In this document: positions 36,088 through 49,097 of the stretch, one piece after another
How the letters are laid out: each line of letters opens with the position of its first letter
Numbering within the stretch: position 1 is the stretch's first letter
DNA from: Malacoraja senta
Lineage: Eukaryota
Reading direction: 5' to 3'
DNA length: 64,000 nucleotides
Assembly: GCA_038087875.1 (NCBI GenBank)
Contig: CM075987.1
Coordinates: forward strand, 25,670,001-25,734,000
Notes under the pieces: model-generated
The model's database searches: none
What the model saw: the letters and a program-made list of their open reading frames with translations, nothing else
What the model was told of the DNA's origin: nothing
Translations under genes and position numbers: made by a program

Positions 36088-37551
36088 GATTCTCACGAAG
36101 ATAGACGCAAAATGCTGGAGTAAATCAGAGTGACAGGCAGCATCTCTGGAGGGAAGGAACGGGTGATGTTTCGGGTCGAGACCCAAACTACGATTCTGCA
36201 CAGTGAACTCTAGAACGTACGCCAAGTCTGCAAAAAAAACCCACTTCCCCTTGCAGCCTTCTGTCCATCAGTGTGTGCGAATCGGTTTGAGATAAAGTGA
36301 GCTAATTTCACAAGTAGTCCATGGGTCAATATGCTTCCACGAGGGACATCCACCACTTGATACATTATTGATCATTATTTATGGTCTGGAGTATAATTAT
36401 CCTAATTACAATCAAGAGAGAGTTAGATTTAGCTCTTAGGGCTAAAGGAATCAGGGGATATGGGGGTAAAAGCAGGAAAGGGGTACTGATTTTAGATGAT
36501 CAGCCATGATCATATCGAATGGCGGTGCTGGCTCGAAGGGCCGAGTGGCCTACTCCTGCATCTATTTTTCTATGTTACTATGTTTCTATGGTGTATGTCA
36601 TATTTAAATAACGCTGTTTTAACTTTTTTTTTAACAATTTTAAATTATATTCTTGAAAAACAGCCACAATGTTAAGTTTAGATTAAAACCGAAGATAGAC
36701 ACAAAATACTGGAGTAACTCAGCGGGACAGGCAGCATCTCTTGAGATTTCTGGAGCATTTCCGGTACTCCATCTCGTCATTATTTGATATTGATATTACG
36801 GCCCTTAACGGTTGTGTCATCCGTGAAGTTGGATTTGTGCATGACGTACATGGAGTAAAGACATTGGCCCGAGAACGCTCCCTCGTGGAGCACCAGTGTT
36901 GATTTCCTCCACAGATACTGCCTGACCTGCCGTGTTCCTCCAGTACTTTTTGTGTTTTGCTCAGGGATTCCAGCATCTGCAGTTCCTCTCTGTTCTCCGT
37001 AAACATGTAAACTCACGGTTCGAATCTGTCGCTTCTCCAGTCACTTGAGCTGCACCTCAGTTGAATCCTTGAACAAGCGGTGATTTTCTTTTTGGCTTCC
37101 GCTGATGACAACAAACACCTCAATGAAAAGAAAACTGGTAGCAGATGGTTTGTCGAAAATTGTTTGTCTCTCCCAGAGAAGTGGCATTATTCCCTTGAAC
37201 TTTTAAATTGAGTCATTGGAAGCCTCCACTGTGGGAAGGTGCCAAACTGAGTTGAATGCTCGCCCTGACACCCAACATCTCGATCTCACTGCGAGAGATA
37301 ATCACACAGTCATTTACAGTGCAGTTACTGACTGTTTGCCTCAGCAGGTTGCCGCTGGTCTTTTTACACTCTATGCTAACAGTCTCCCAACAAATGTGGG
37401 GTGATATGTCCCATCCCTGTGTCTCTACTGGGGCACCGACCATGGATAGCCAAACCATTTTTGGCAATTCCTTCTTCAACACTGCATCTGCTCTCGACTC
37501 TTGTTTCATTGTCAGCCTGGTTCCCATCTGCATAAGTCAATTATTTTCTGT

Positions 37552-37765
37552 GTAGGAAGGAACTGCAGATGCTGGTTTCAACCGAAGATAGGCGCAGAAA
37601 GCTGGAGTAACTCAGCTGGTCAGACAGCATCTCTGGAGCAAAGGAATAGTTGACATTTCGGGTCGGTTCGGGTCTGAAGAAGGGCCCCGACCCCGAAACG
37701 TCACCTATTTCTTTTCTCCAGAGATGCTGTCTGACCCCGCTGAGTTACTCCGGTTTTTTTGTGTC
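37552..37765. mobile_element. Fold-back Penelope pLTR pair
   Basis: Inverted arms around 37665. Confidence 0.78.
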
Positions 37766-37776
37766 CAGTTCCGATT

Positions 37777-38130
37777 CTAGTTTAGTTTATTGTCACTTGT
37801 ACCGAGGTACAGTGACAGGTTTTGTTGCGTGCTGATCAGTCAGTGGAAAGACAATACATGAATGCAATTGAACCATTTATAGTGGGACAAATACATGAAA
37901 ATACGTAAAGCCAGTAAAGTCCGATCAAAGATAGTCCGAGGATCACCAATGAGGTAGATAGTAGTTCAGGACTGCTGTCTAGTGTTGGTAGGATGGTTCA
38001 GTTGCCTGATAACTCTTGGGAAGAAACTGTCCCTGAATCTGGAGGTGTGCGTTTTTCACAGTTTTATACTTTTGCTCGATGGGAGAGGGGACAAGAGGGA
38101 GTGGCGGGGGAGTGACTCGTCCTTGATGAT
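37777..38130 (-). mobile_element. Rex-Babar-type LINE 3' end
   Basis: Reverse complement of 58260-58620. Confidence 0.8.
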
Positions 38131-38715
38131 ACTCTATCATAAGTTCATACTCCCCGTTGGATTGCAACCTGGGTCTCCAGTGCTGCATACGCCGGAAGGC
38201 AGCAACTCTACCGCTGCGCCACCGTGACCGCCCTTCTCTGGGAGATGGTGCAGACAGCTGGGTAGTTTAGTTCGGTTTAGTTTATTGTCACGTGTACCAA
38301 GCTACAGTGAAAAGCTTTTGCTGCGTGCTAATTTAGCTTTGCAAAGTTTACTGGTCAGTGGAAGAAGAACCCAAAACGTCACCCAATCCTTCTCACCAGA
38401 GGTGCTGCCTGTCCCGCTGAGTTACCTCAGCATTTTGTGTCTGTCTTTGACAGAAAGACTATACATGATTATATGTTTGGTCATGAGGGCGGTGAATCTG
38501 TGGAATCCATTGCCACAGACGGCTGTGGAGGCCAAGTCAGTGGATATTTTTAAGGGCAGAGATGGATAGATTTGTGATTCGTACGGGTGTCGGGGTTTAT
38601 GGGGAGAAGGCAGGAGAATGGGGTTAGGAGCGAAGAGATAGATCAGCCGTGATTGAATGGCAGAGTAGACTTGATGGGCCGAATGGCCTAATTCTGCTCC
38701 TATCACGTGAACTTA

Positions 38716-39268
38716 CATAGATACATAGAAATTAGGTGCAGGAGTAGGCCATTCGGCCCTTCGAGCCTGCACCGCCATTCAATATGATCATTGCTGATCA
38801 TCCAACTCAGTATCCTGTGCCTGCCTTCTCTCCATACCCCCTGATCCCTTTAGCCACAAGGGCCACATCTAACTCCCTCTTAAATATAGCCAATGAACTG
38901 GCCTCAACTACCCTCTGTGGCAGAGAGTTCCAGAGATTCACCACTCTCTGTGTGAAAAAGTTTTTCCTCATCTCGGTCTTAAAGGATTTCCCCTTATCCT
39001 TAAGCTGTGACCCCTTGTCCTGGACTTCCCCAACATCGGGAACAATCTTCCTGCATCTAGCCTGTCCAACCCCATAAGAATGTTGTACGTTTCTATAAGA
39101 TCCCCTCTAAATCTCCTAAATTCTAGCGAGTATAAGCCAAGTCTATCCAGTCTTTCTTCATATGAAAGTCCTGACATCCCAGGAATCAGTCTGGTGAACC
39201 TTCTCTGCACTCCCTCTATGGCTATAATGTCCTTCCTCAGATTTGGAGACCAAAACTGTACGCAATAC
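38716..39268 (-). mobile_element. Young CR1 3' fragment
   Basis: ORF 38968-39276 YCVQFWSPNLRKDIIAIEGVQRRFTRLIPG; nearly identical to 4202-4755. Confidence 0.92.
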
Positions 39269-40252
39269 TTACACAATACTTATGCTGTATGCAAACTGTA
39301 TGCAAACTTATGATTACAATGGAGCCATCTACAGTGCACAGATCAGCTGAGAGCTTACAGGGCTGTGAAAGTCATCTCGAGCAGCAGTCAAAGGTAAAAC
39401 AAGAAAGCAAATAATCCATGTTAAGGAAGTAATGCTTGCTTAGCAATTAGGCTGAAGGAATTATGCTGCTCTTATGAACACCACAACTGTGACAGATGTG
39501 ACATGCAAAACACAGCAAGTTAAGCAAGCAATAATACAAACCTAATGGTGTACATAGGTTCACAGTAATTGACTGTAGCAAGCTTACAATCTTCCCTCAG
39601 GAATTGAAGAGGCAATCATTTTATGACTAAAACATACATTGATATTGATAATGGCATGTTTAATGAGGAGATGATATCCCTTCTTGGTACAGAAACGTAG
39701 ACCTCAATGGCTTCACTGTTTGACACTAATAGATTTTGTAATCTGATTAGGCTGTTATTGTGAAGGTTTAATTTCTGCAGAGGCAAAGGAAATTCTTAAT
39801 GTCCCTGTGTTTTCCATAATAAAACATCAATAACTCCTCCCAAGTAGAATTAAGATGGAATTGTGAATACTTGTATCTTCAAATTGCATTGTGAGGGACC
39901 AGAGCTGGAGTGATTATTGCTTTTCATCGATAACATTTTCGCCGCCTTAATAGGACCTGTTAGCACATCTAATTAAACTTGGCAGAGAATTGGCTACCAA
40001 TCAGCAGTAATTTTCACACAACGTATTATTATAATCTCTGCTACTGATGGTTCGGAGAGTCAAAGTTAACAGTTAACTTTGTTAAATATGTCAAGGATAC
40101 AATGCAAATGGCAGCTATATCAGAACTGTTTATTTTAGTTTAGTTTAGAGATACAGCACGGAAACAGGCCCTTCGGCCCACCGAGTCCACACTGACCAGC
40201 GATCCCCGCACGTTAACACAATCCCACACACAATAGGGACAATTTTTACATT

Positions 40253-40384
40253 CTTCTTCTTCTTGCGTAATGGCGTGCACAGCCTAAAGTTGTAGGACAA
40301 CTGGTTCTATTTGACTGTGCACGCCAGGTTGATTGCATTCGTCGAAACAGGGTGGACCACGTGAAGGTTGCAATCTCCCATCCC
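40253..40384 (-). mobile_element. Short ribozyme-headed non-autonomous retroelement, copy 2
   Basis: 9-bp TSD ttttacatt at 40244-40252 and 40386-40394; (aag)n tail; same 5' end as copy 1. Confidence 0.85.
40331..40384 (-). ncRNA. Minimal HDV-like (CPEB3-type) ribozyme fold
   Basis: GGGAUGG GA GAUUGCA ACC UUCACGU GGU CCACCCU GUUUCGA CGAA UGCAAUC; one A-C mismatch in P1. Confidence 0.85.
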
Positions 40385-40407
40385 ATTTTACATTTATACC
40401 AAGTCAC

Positions 40408-40800
40408 TCGAGCACTGTGCAAGTCTCTCGACGGTACCTACACCAGAATGCCCCAGTTGGAGGGACCACATCCCCAACGCACTGCTCTACGGGGAGATTC
40501 CACCTCTGACCGAGAAGATCAGGTGGAGAAGGATGAGGCTCGCTGGTCACTGCCACCGCCACCCAGAAATGACCAGCAAACAAGGTTGTGCTGTGGGGAA
40601 CCCACCCACGCAAGATGCCACCCGGGACGGCCGATCAAGGCGATGCTGAAGGCGTTGACGGAAGACGCAAGTGTAGAGACAAAAGAGGAGCTTGCCAGCT
40701 GTGTGGAGGGCAGAGATTGTGTGGTGCGTCCGTCACTGTTGCCCGCCGAAACAGCACCACTGCGTCGCTAATGTTTTCAACGATGAATTAAAAAATATAC
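40408..40800 (+). pseudogene. RTE-clade LINE C-terminal fragment
   Basis: SWRDHIPNALLYGEIPPLTEKIRWRRMRLAGHCHRHPE resembles the post-RT region of RTE-type elements. Confidence 0.7.
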
Positions 40801-41282
40801 ATATTTTAAATTAACCTACAAAACTGTACGTCTTTGGAGTGTGGGGGGGGGGGGGGGGGGGGAACTGAAGTTCTTGGAAAAAACCCACGCAGGTCACGGG
40901 GAGAACGTACAAACTCCGTACAGACAGCACCCGTAGTCGGGATCGAACCTGGTCTCTGGCGCTGTAAGCGGTGTAAGGCAGCGACTCTACCGCTGTGCCA
41001 CCGCGCCGCCAACAGTTGTAGAGTCATGGAGTCATACAGCATAGAAACAGGCCCTTCGGCCCCAACATGACAAGCTGACCAAGGTGCCCCATCTATACTA
41101 GTCCCACCTGCCTGCATTTGGTCCATTCCTTCCACAACTCTCTTCTCCATGCTCCTGTTGTGATAGTTACAGCCTCAACTACCTACTCTGGCAGTTTGTT
41201 CCATATACCCACCACCCTTTGTGCGAAAAAGTTGCCCCTCAGGTCTCTATTAAATCTTTCCCCTCTCACTATGTCCTCTGGT

Positions 41283-41610
41283 TTAAGAAGGAACTGCGGA
41301 TGTTGGAAAATCGAATGTAGACAAAATTGCTGGTGAAACTCAGCGGGTGAGGCAGCATCTAAGGAGCGAAGGAAATAGGCAACGTTTCGGGCCGAAACCC
41401 TTCTTCAGGCTGATGTGAGGATGGGGGGGGGGGGGGGGGGAAGAAGAAAGGAAGAGCTGGAGCCAGTTGGCTGAGGGAGAGCTGAGAAGGGGAGGAGATA
41501 GTAAGGACTACCTGAAATTAGAGAAGTCAATGTTCATGCCGCTGGGGTGCAGACTGCCCAAGCAAAATATGAGGTGCTGCTCCTCCAATTTACGGTGGAC
41601 CCCACTCTGG
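41283..41610 (-). mobile_element. Penelope-like element 3' fragment
   Basis: Homologous to 50377-50680 (endonuclease C-terminus plus pLTR). Confidence 0.85.
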
Positions 41611-41611
41611 T

Positions 41612-41930
41612 TTCGTTTAGCTTACTTATAGCGAGGTACAGCATGCAAACAGGTTCTTTAGCCCACTGAGTCCACGCCGACCAGCAAACTCCGCACACCA
41701 ACACGATCCTACACACACTGGGGATGATTTTAAATTTACACCAAGCCAATTAGCCTACAAACCTGTACGTCTTTTGGAGTGTGGGAGGAAACCGGAGCAC
41801 CCGGAATAAAACCCACTCAGTCACGGAGCGAAGGTGTAAACTCCCTACAGACAGCACCCAGAGTGTGGATCGAACCCTGGTCTCTCGTGCTGTAAGGCAG
41901 CAACTCTACCACTGCGCCATTGCTCTGCCC
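41612..41930 (-). mobile_element. HE1-like SINE
   Basis: Matches the SINE consensus. Confidence 0.82.
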
Positions 41931-42163
41931 TTTAGTTTTAGAGTCATTGTCGTGCAGCAGAGAAACAGGCCCTGCAGCCCAACACATCAACGCCACCAAC
42001 ATGCCCCACCTACACTAGTCCCATCTGCCTGTGTTTGGCCCATATCACTCTCAGCTTTTCCTATCCATGTACCTGTCCAAATAGCTGTGATAGTACCTGC
42101 CTCAACTACCTCCTCTGTGGGCGAAGGGCTTGCTTGTGTGATGTATCACTAACCTAAACTAAA

Positions 42164-42669
42164 GTGCAGCAGAGGTTTACAAGGTTAATTCCCGGGATGG
42201 CGGGACTGTCATAGGCTGAGAGAATGGAGCAGCTGGGCTTGTACACTCTGGAGTTTAGAAGGATGAGAGGTTATCACATTGAAACATACATATAAGATTG
42301 TTAAGGGGTTTGGACACGCTAGAGGCAGGAAACATGTTCCCAATGTTGGGGGAGTCCAGAACCAGGGGCCACAGTTTAAGAATAAGGAGTAAGCCATTTA
42401 GAACGGAGACGAGGAAACACTTTTTCTCACAGAGAGTGGTGAGTCTGTGGAATTCTCTGCCTCAGAGGGTGGTGGAGGCAGATTCTCTGGATCCTTTCAA
42501 GAGAAAGCTAGATAGGGCTCTTAAAAGTAGCAGAGTCAGTGGATATGGGGAGAAGGCAGGAACGGGGTACTGATTGTGGATGATCAGCCATGATCACATT
42601 GAATGGTGGTGCTGGCTCGAGGGGCCGAATGGCCTACTCCTGCACCTATTGTCTATTGTCTATTGTCTA
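42164..42669 (+). mobile_element. CR1 3' fragment
   Basis: Close match to 21938-22433. Confidence 0.9.
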
Positions 42670-43466
42670 ATTTCTATTAACTAAATTAAATGGAACTAAA
42701 TTAAACTAAACTAATCTAAATATTTCCCTGAACTAAAGTTAACTGAAAAACTCAACTAAAGTCATTTATTGAAATAAAGAAGAACAGGTAAAATGGAGCT
42801 GGTGCAGCAACTAAAGCACTTCTTCTAAAATGGAGTGTGATCAGGTTGTGATGCATTCTCCTTCAACATTACACTATGGTTTTACAATACTCTAACCATA
42901 TGCTCGTGAGCAAGCAAATGCCCTACACAATATGGAACAGCTCACGTCAAGATGAATACTGGCATTGGTGTTTACTGCACTTACACCGTCATTTATCTAA
43001 ATCAACATTGATTTATGGTCAGAGGATGGTGTGCGTCTTGATCAACGTGAACTGCAGCATCATTTCAGGTGCTTCACTGAAGTGGTGAGAAATAAAGCCC
43101 AGCAACATGCTGTACCTCACTGATGACAAATTGGCGAACGAGATCAGATATAAAAGAGGAAAATTGAAATTGAAAACATCTTCATGGCAAAGGCATCAGT
43201 GAACTCTTACGGAAAATCATTTCCAGTCTTAGTTGTGTAGGAAGGAACTGCAGATGCTGGTTTACACCAAAGATAGACACAAAATGCGGGACAGGCTCGA
43301 AGGAATGGCTGATGTTTGGGATAGAAACCCTTCGGAAGAAGAGCCCTGAAACATCACCCATTCCTTCTCTCCAGAGATGCTGCCTGTCCCGCTGAGTTTT
43401 AGTTTAGTTTATATCTTAGTTTTTAGTTTTGTTTATATCTTTTCAGTGTCTATCTTCAGCTTTAGT

Positions 43467-44047
43467 TTTTAGTTTTAGAGATACAGCACAGAAACAGGCC
43501 CTTCGGCCCACCGTCCATGCCGACTAGCGATCCCCACACATTAATAATAATAATAATACATTTTATTTATATAGCGCTTTTCAAGGACTCAAAGTCGCTT
43601 TACATGGAGAGTCAAAAACAAAACAAAATAGAGCAGTAAGACAGAGATGCAAAGGGGAGGGGGACATGGGACTAAGGGTATGCAGAGGTGAAGAGATGGG
43701 TCTTGAGGCGGGACTGGAAGATGGTGAGGGACTCAGAATTCCGGATCAGTTGTGGGAGGGAATTCCAGAGCCTGGGAGCTGCCCTGGAGAAGGCTCTGTT
43801 TCCAAAAGTGCAGAGGTTGGAACTACCCTACGCACACTAAGGACAATTTTGAATCTATACCAAGCCAAATAACCTACAAACCTCTACATTTTTTGGAGTG
43901 TGGAAGGAAACCGAAGATCTTGGAGAAAACCCACGTAGGTCACTGGGAGAACATACAAACTCTGTACAGACAAGCGCCCGTAGTCAGGATCGAACCAGGG
44001 TCTCAGGATCTGTAAGGCAGCAGCTCTACCGCTACGCCACCATGCCG
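43467..44047 (-). mobile_element. HE1-like SINE with nested L2 3' end
   Basis: Consensus on both sides of 43544-43821. Confidence 0.85.
43544..43821 (-). mobile_element. 5'-truncated copy of the L2 at 26646
   Basis: High identity to 26646-26918, including the (TAA)n tail. Confidence 0.92.
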
Positions 44048-44189
44048 AATTCAGTTAGAATATTGAAATCAATAAGTTGTGCTGTATCTTTTGATTGATT
44101 CCCAAATAATGAAGCATTTTTTATCCCTTTTATCGTTCCATAAAATACGTACGTGTCCAAAGCTCACAGCTGTGGTCAGTCAGCACTCA

Positions 44190-44775
44190 GTTCTCAGTTT
44201 GTGGAATTCATTGCCGCAGACGGCTGTGGAGGCCAAGTCATAGAGTGACTCAGAGTGGAAACAGGCCCTTTGGCCCAACCTGCCCACACCGGCCTACATG
44301 GCCCAGCTACACTAGTCCCACCTGCCCATGTTTGGCCCATATCCCTCCAAACCTGTCCTAATCATATACCTGTCTAACTGCTTCTTAAATGTTGGGATAG
44401 TCCCTGCCCCTACCTCCTCTGGCAGCTTGTTCCATACATCCACCACCCTCTGTGTGAAAGAGTTACCCCTCAGATTCCTATTAAATCTTTTCCCCTTCTC
44501 CTTAAACCTATGTCCTCTGGTCTTCGATTCACCTACTCTGGGCAAGAGACTCTGTGCATCTACCCGATCTATTCCTCTCATGATTTTATACAGAGGTCAA
44601 TGGATATATTTATGGCAGAGATAGATAGATTCTTAATTAGTACGGGTGTCAGGGGTTATGGGGAGAAGGCAGGAGAATGGAGTTAGGAGGGGGAGATAGA
44701 TCAGCCATGATTGAATGGCAGAGTAGACTTGATGGGCCGACCGGCCTAATTCTGCTCCTGTCTCTTCTGAACTTA
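44190..44775 (+). mobile_element. CR1 fragment with an opposite-strand CR1 fragment nested (about 44238-44592)
   Basis: ggccaagtca ... gtcaatggata junctions; minus-strand ORF 44312-44581. Confidence 0.8.
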
Positions 44776-45649
44776 TTATGAGATGATAGCAAATATTTTA
44801 GATCAGTTTTTTTTTCCATATGTTCTATTTATTTGTTTGGAGTTTGGCTTGATGTGAGCAGAGATTGTACATTTAGCCCGGTCTTTAACAAATATCTTGC
44901 CTGTAAATTATCCAGATGATACCGACCAAGAGATTCTCTTGAGAAATTGTGCGTCAAATGATTGATAGTTCCACTGGGCTTTGGGGCATTTAAAAAAAAC
45001 TACCTCTTAATGTTATGTTTAGAATCCAGCTAGAAATTAAACAGTCGCCTATTCCTGGTGCTTCCAGGAATAGTGACTGCTATTTCAAACTATTTATATT
45101 CTGTTTCCAAGCCTCTTGTTAAACAAGTCCTGAATTAAAACATGCTCAGTTCAAGATAAAGGACTTTAAATGATTTAGAAACAATTTAAATTTTATGTTG
45201 TGTGGTTTGAAATCATTAAGGATTAATTAAATCTTTTGCAGATCAAGTTTCTGTAAAAAGCCAAAGGCAAGTAAACCATTCTCTCTGGTGTCTGGAGATG
45301 ATATACCTGCATTTATTGTGCAAAGTCCGTATCAAACTCTGGAGTAATAAATCGATACGATACGATAAATGCACGGAGTCTCTTGCCCAGAGTAGGGGAA
45401 TGGAGGACCAGAGGACACAGGTTCAAGGTGAAGGGGAAAAGATTTAATAGGAATCTGAGTGGTAACTTTTTCACACAAAGGGTGGTGGGTGTATGGAACG
45501 AGCTGCCAGAGGAGGTAGTTGAGGCTGGGACTATCCCAACGTTTTAAAAAGCTGTTAGACAGGTACATGAACTGTATGACTGTAAGACTGAGCCTTGTAC
45601 ACATATCTCCTTTAAAAGACTGCACCCACTACAGTGCTTTTGTTTAAAA

Positions 45650-45920
45650 ATACTGCACGGAAACAGGCCCTTCGACCAACCGAGTTCCCGCACACCAACA
45701 CTATCCTACACACACCAAGGACAATGTATAATTTTACTGAAGCCAATTAACCTACAAACCTGTTCGTCTTTGGAGTGTGGAAGGAAACCGGAGCACGCGG
45801 GGAAACCCATGCAGGTCACGGGGAGAACGTGCAAACTCCGTACAGGCAGCACCGTAGTCGGGATCGAAGGCGGGTCTCTGGCGCTGCAAGGCAGCAACTC
45901 TTCCGCTGCGCCACCGCGCC
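45650..45920 (-). mobile_element. HE1-like SINE
   Basis: Matches the SINE consensus. Confidence 0.83.
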
Positions 45921-47399
45921 GCTCCTCACCGCTCTACGCACACACGTTTCTGTGCTAGCGAGGAGGCCTACATATTGTGCTTGTCAGAGGAGCAAGGCTG
46001 CCAGTGGAGCCACAGCGAATGCTAATCATCTCCAGAAATGCACAGTTTGACTCTTGTACAATTTTTGATGGAAATTGGTTGTGAATATGGAACCCAATTA
46101 GTAGCATATATGTGCACCTGGGCACACGCTCTTCCTTGCATCCCAGCTCCTACGTTCCACAGAGGATGCCGAGGATTTTTTTTTTTTTTGTCGTTAAGAA
46201 GCAGGTGGTTTCTCTAGTCCCTGCACCACGGGGGTCTCCTTCGAAACATCTGTCATGTATCCAGCGCACTGTGACAACCATCCACTCTGATTCCATTAGC
46301 AATCTCCATGCAAATCAAGCAGACTGCTGGCCCAGAACATGGCTCTTAATCACGGTGCAAAGATACAAAACTCCGCATGGGGTTGCGAACATTACTGTTC
46401 TGCCTCCTTTCAGTAACAGTTCACAAGACTTGTTCACACAAAGGGTGGCGGGTGTATGGAACGAGCTGCCGGAGGAGGTAGTTGAGGCTGGGACTATCCC
46501 AACGCTTTTAAAAAGCAGTTAGACAGGTACATGAACTGTATAAGACTGACAGAAGAGAAAGATAGACACAAAATGCTGGAGTAACTCAGCGGGACAGGCA
46601 GCGTCTCTGGAGAGAAGTGATAGGTGACGTTTTGGGGGGAGACCCTTCTTCAGACCCGAAACCTCACCCATTCCTTCGCTTCAGAGTTGCCGCCTGTCCC
46701 ACTGAGTTACTGCAGCATTTTGTGCCCATCTGCAAATCTGCATGTCCTTGGAGTGTTGGAGGGGTGATCTTATATAGGTGTATCAAATCACGAGAGGAAT
46801 AGATTGGGTAGATGCATTTCCCCTTCACTTTAAAGCTATGTCTTCTGGTCCTCGATTCACCTACTCTAGGCAAGAGACTGTGTATCTACCCGATCTATTC
46901 CTCTCGTGATTTTATACGCCTCTATAAGATCACCCCTCATCTTGTGGAAGATCTGTTATTTCTGCGATAGACAGACACAAAGATCTGGAGTAACTCAGCA
47001 GGTCAGGCACCATCTTTGGGGAAAATAGGATTGGTGACATTTTCCGTCGGGCCCCGACTGGGAGTCCGATTGAACAGAACTCAAATGAAAAGGGAAAATT
47101 GTCCTACACAGCTCTCTGAATTAATTGCTTTCTGATCAGCTAAAAATTGCAACTTCAAGTAGAATAACTGACAGTGTTGAGTGCCTTTTATACATGTGCT
47201 TACACATACTGGAGAGCATGAATGGTCGATATGCTGAGAAATACACACTCAAAAACAGTTCAATGAAAATCCTTCCTTGGTCGGTGAAGTTGCTATTAGT
47301 CAAGGATGATTGACAATGGACCAAAAGTGGTTTTAACTTCACATCGGAGATATTTTGGTGTTAGTTTAAGTTCTGCCTTGATGCCTCAGTTAATACTGT

Positions 47400-47856
47400 G
47401 GCACGGTGGCGCAGCGGTAGAGTTGCTGCCTTGCAGCGCCAGAGACCCGGGTTCGATCCCGACTACGGGTGCTGTCTGTACCGAGTTTGTACGTTCTCCC
47501 CGTGACCTGCGTGGGTTTTCTCCAGGATCTCCGGTTTCCTCCTACATTCCAAAGGTGTACAGGTTTGTAGGTTTGTAGGTCTGAAGAAGGGTTTCGACCC
47601 GAGACGTCATCCATCTCCAGAGATGCTGCCTGTCCCGCTGAGTTACTCCAGTTTTTTATGTCTATCTTCAGTGTAAACCAGCATCTGCAGTTCCTTCATA
47701 CACAAGTTTGTAGGTTAATTTGGCTTGGCAAAATTGTAAATTGTCCATAGTGTGTGTAGGATAGTGTTAGTGTGCGGGGATCGCTGGTCGGCGCGTACCC
47801 GGTGGGCTGAAGGGCCTGTATCCGCGCTGTATCTCTAAACAAAACTAAACTAAACT
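47400..47856 (+). mobile_element. HE1-like SINE with Penelope pLTR insertion (about 47579-47704)
   Basis: gtttgtaggt repeated around the insert. Confidence 0.87.
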
Positions 47857-48835
47857 GCTGTGTCCAGCTAATATCTTACAACATTGCAAATGTAGCAATA
47901 ATATGAGTTTTGGCTCAGATTTCCCAAACTGGGAGTTACATCTGAAGAAGCTTTTCAATCATTGATTATTTTTGTGTAGTTAAAAGAAATGAAAGCAAAA
48001 CAGCTTTCCCAGACTGAATTTCAAAGAGCTCGGTTGATATGCAGTCACAGACGGATCGTAGCATCAAAGTCCACAGCTCCCTGAACTTATCAACACAAGT
48101 AAATAGAATGGCAAAGAAGGTGTGTTTGAGTTTGAGTGTAGTTTATTGTCACGTGTACCGAGGTACAGTGAAAAGCTTTTGTTGCGTGCTGTGCAGTCAG
48201 AGGAAAGGCAATACGTGATTACAATCGAGCCGTCCACAGTGTACAGATACATGATAAAGGGACTAATGTGAATAATGTTTAGTGCAAGATAAGGACTGGT
48301 AAAGTCCGTTCAAATGTAGTCTGAGGGTCTCCAATGAGGTAGATAGTAGCTCTGGACTGCTCTCTGTCATTGGAGAAAAAAGAAAGAAAAAAAAAGTGTT
48401 CGGCACGGACTTGAAGGGCCGAGATGGCCTGTTTCCGTGCTGTTATGGTTATATGGTTATATGGTTATTTCATCTCTGGCCTTTGTCTAACCATCTATCT
48501 GTCTGCCTTTCACCCCCACCCCCTTTACCTGTATCAACCTTAAGAAGGGTCCCAAGCCAAAATGTCACCTTCCTTTTAATCCAGAGATGCTGCCTGACCC
48601 GTTGAGTTACTCCAGCACTTTGTGTCTATCTTCAGTATATACCAGCATCTGCAGTTCTGTGTTTCAACCTATTACCCGCCAGGCTTTGTCCTAGCCCTCC
48701 TCTCTTCCATCTCCCCCCCCCCACCCCATAGAATCAGTCTGAAGAAGGGTCCTGATATGGAACGTCCCTCATCCATGTTCTCCAGAGATGTTGCTTGACC
48801 AGCTGAGTTACTCCTGTACTTTGCGTCATCTCCTT

Positions 48836-49097
48836 TTAGATTTGAGACTTTGGAGATAGAGAGCGGAAACAGGCCCTTCAACACACCAAGTTCGCGCTGA
48901 CCAGCGACCACCCCACACACTAGCACTATCCTACACACTAGGGAAAATTTTGCAATTTTACCAAAGCCAATTAACCTACAAACCTGCGGGTCTTTGGAAT
49001 GTGGGAGGAAACCGGAGCACCCGGAGAAAACCCACGCGGACACAGGGATAACGTACAAACTACATAAAGACAGCACCCGAGGACAAGATTGAACCTG
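48836..49097 (-). mobile_element. HE1-like SINE
   Basis: Matches the SINE consensus. Confidence 0.82.

Larger units (their letters stand above)
40135..41010 (-). mobile_element. HE1-like SINE hosting two insertions
   Basis: Segments at about 40135-40252, 40385-40407 and 40808-41010. Confidence 0.85.
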
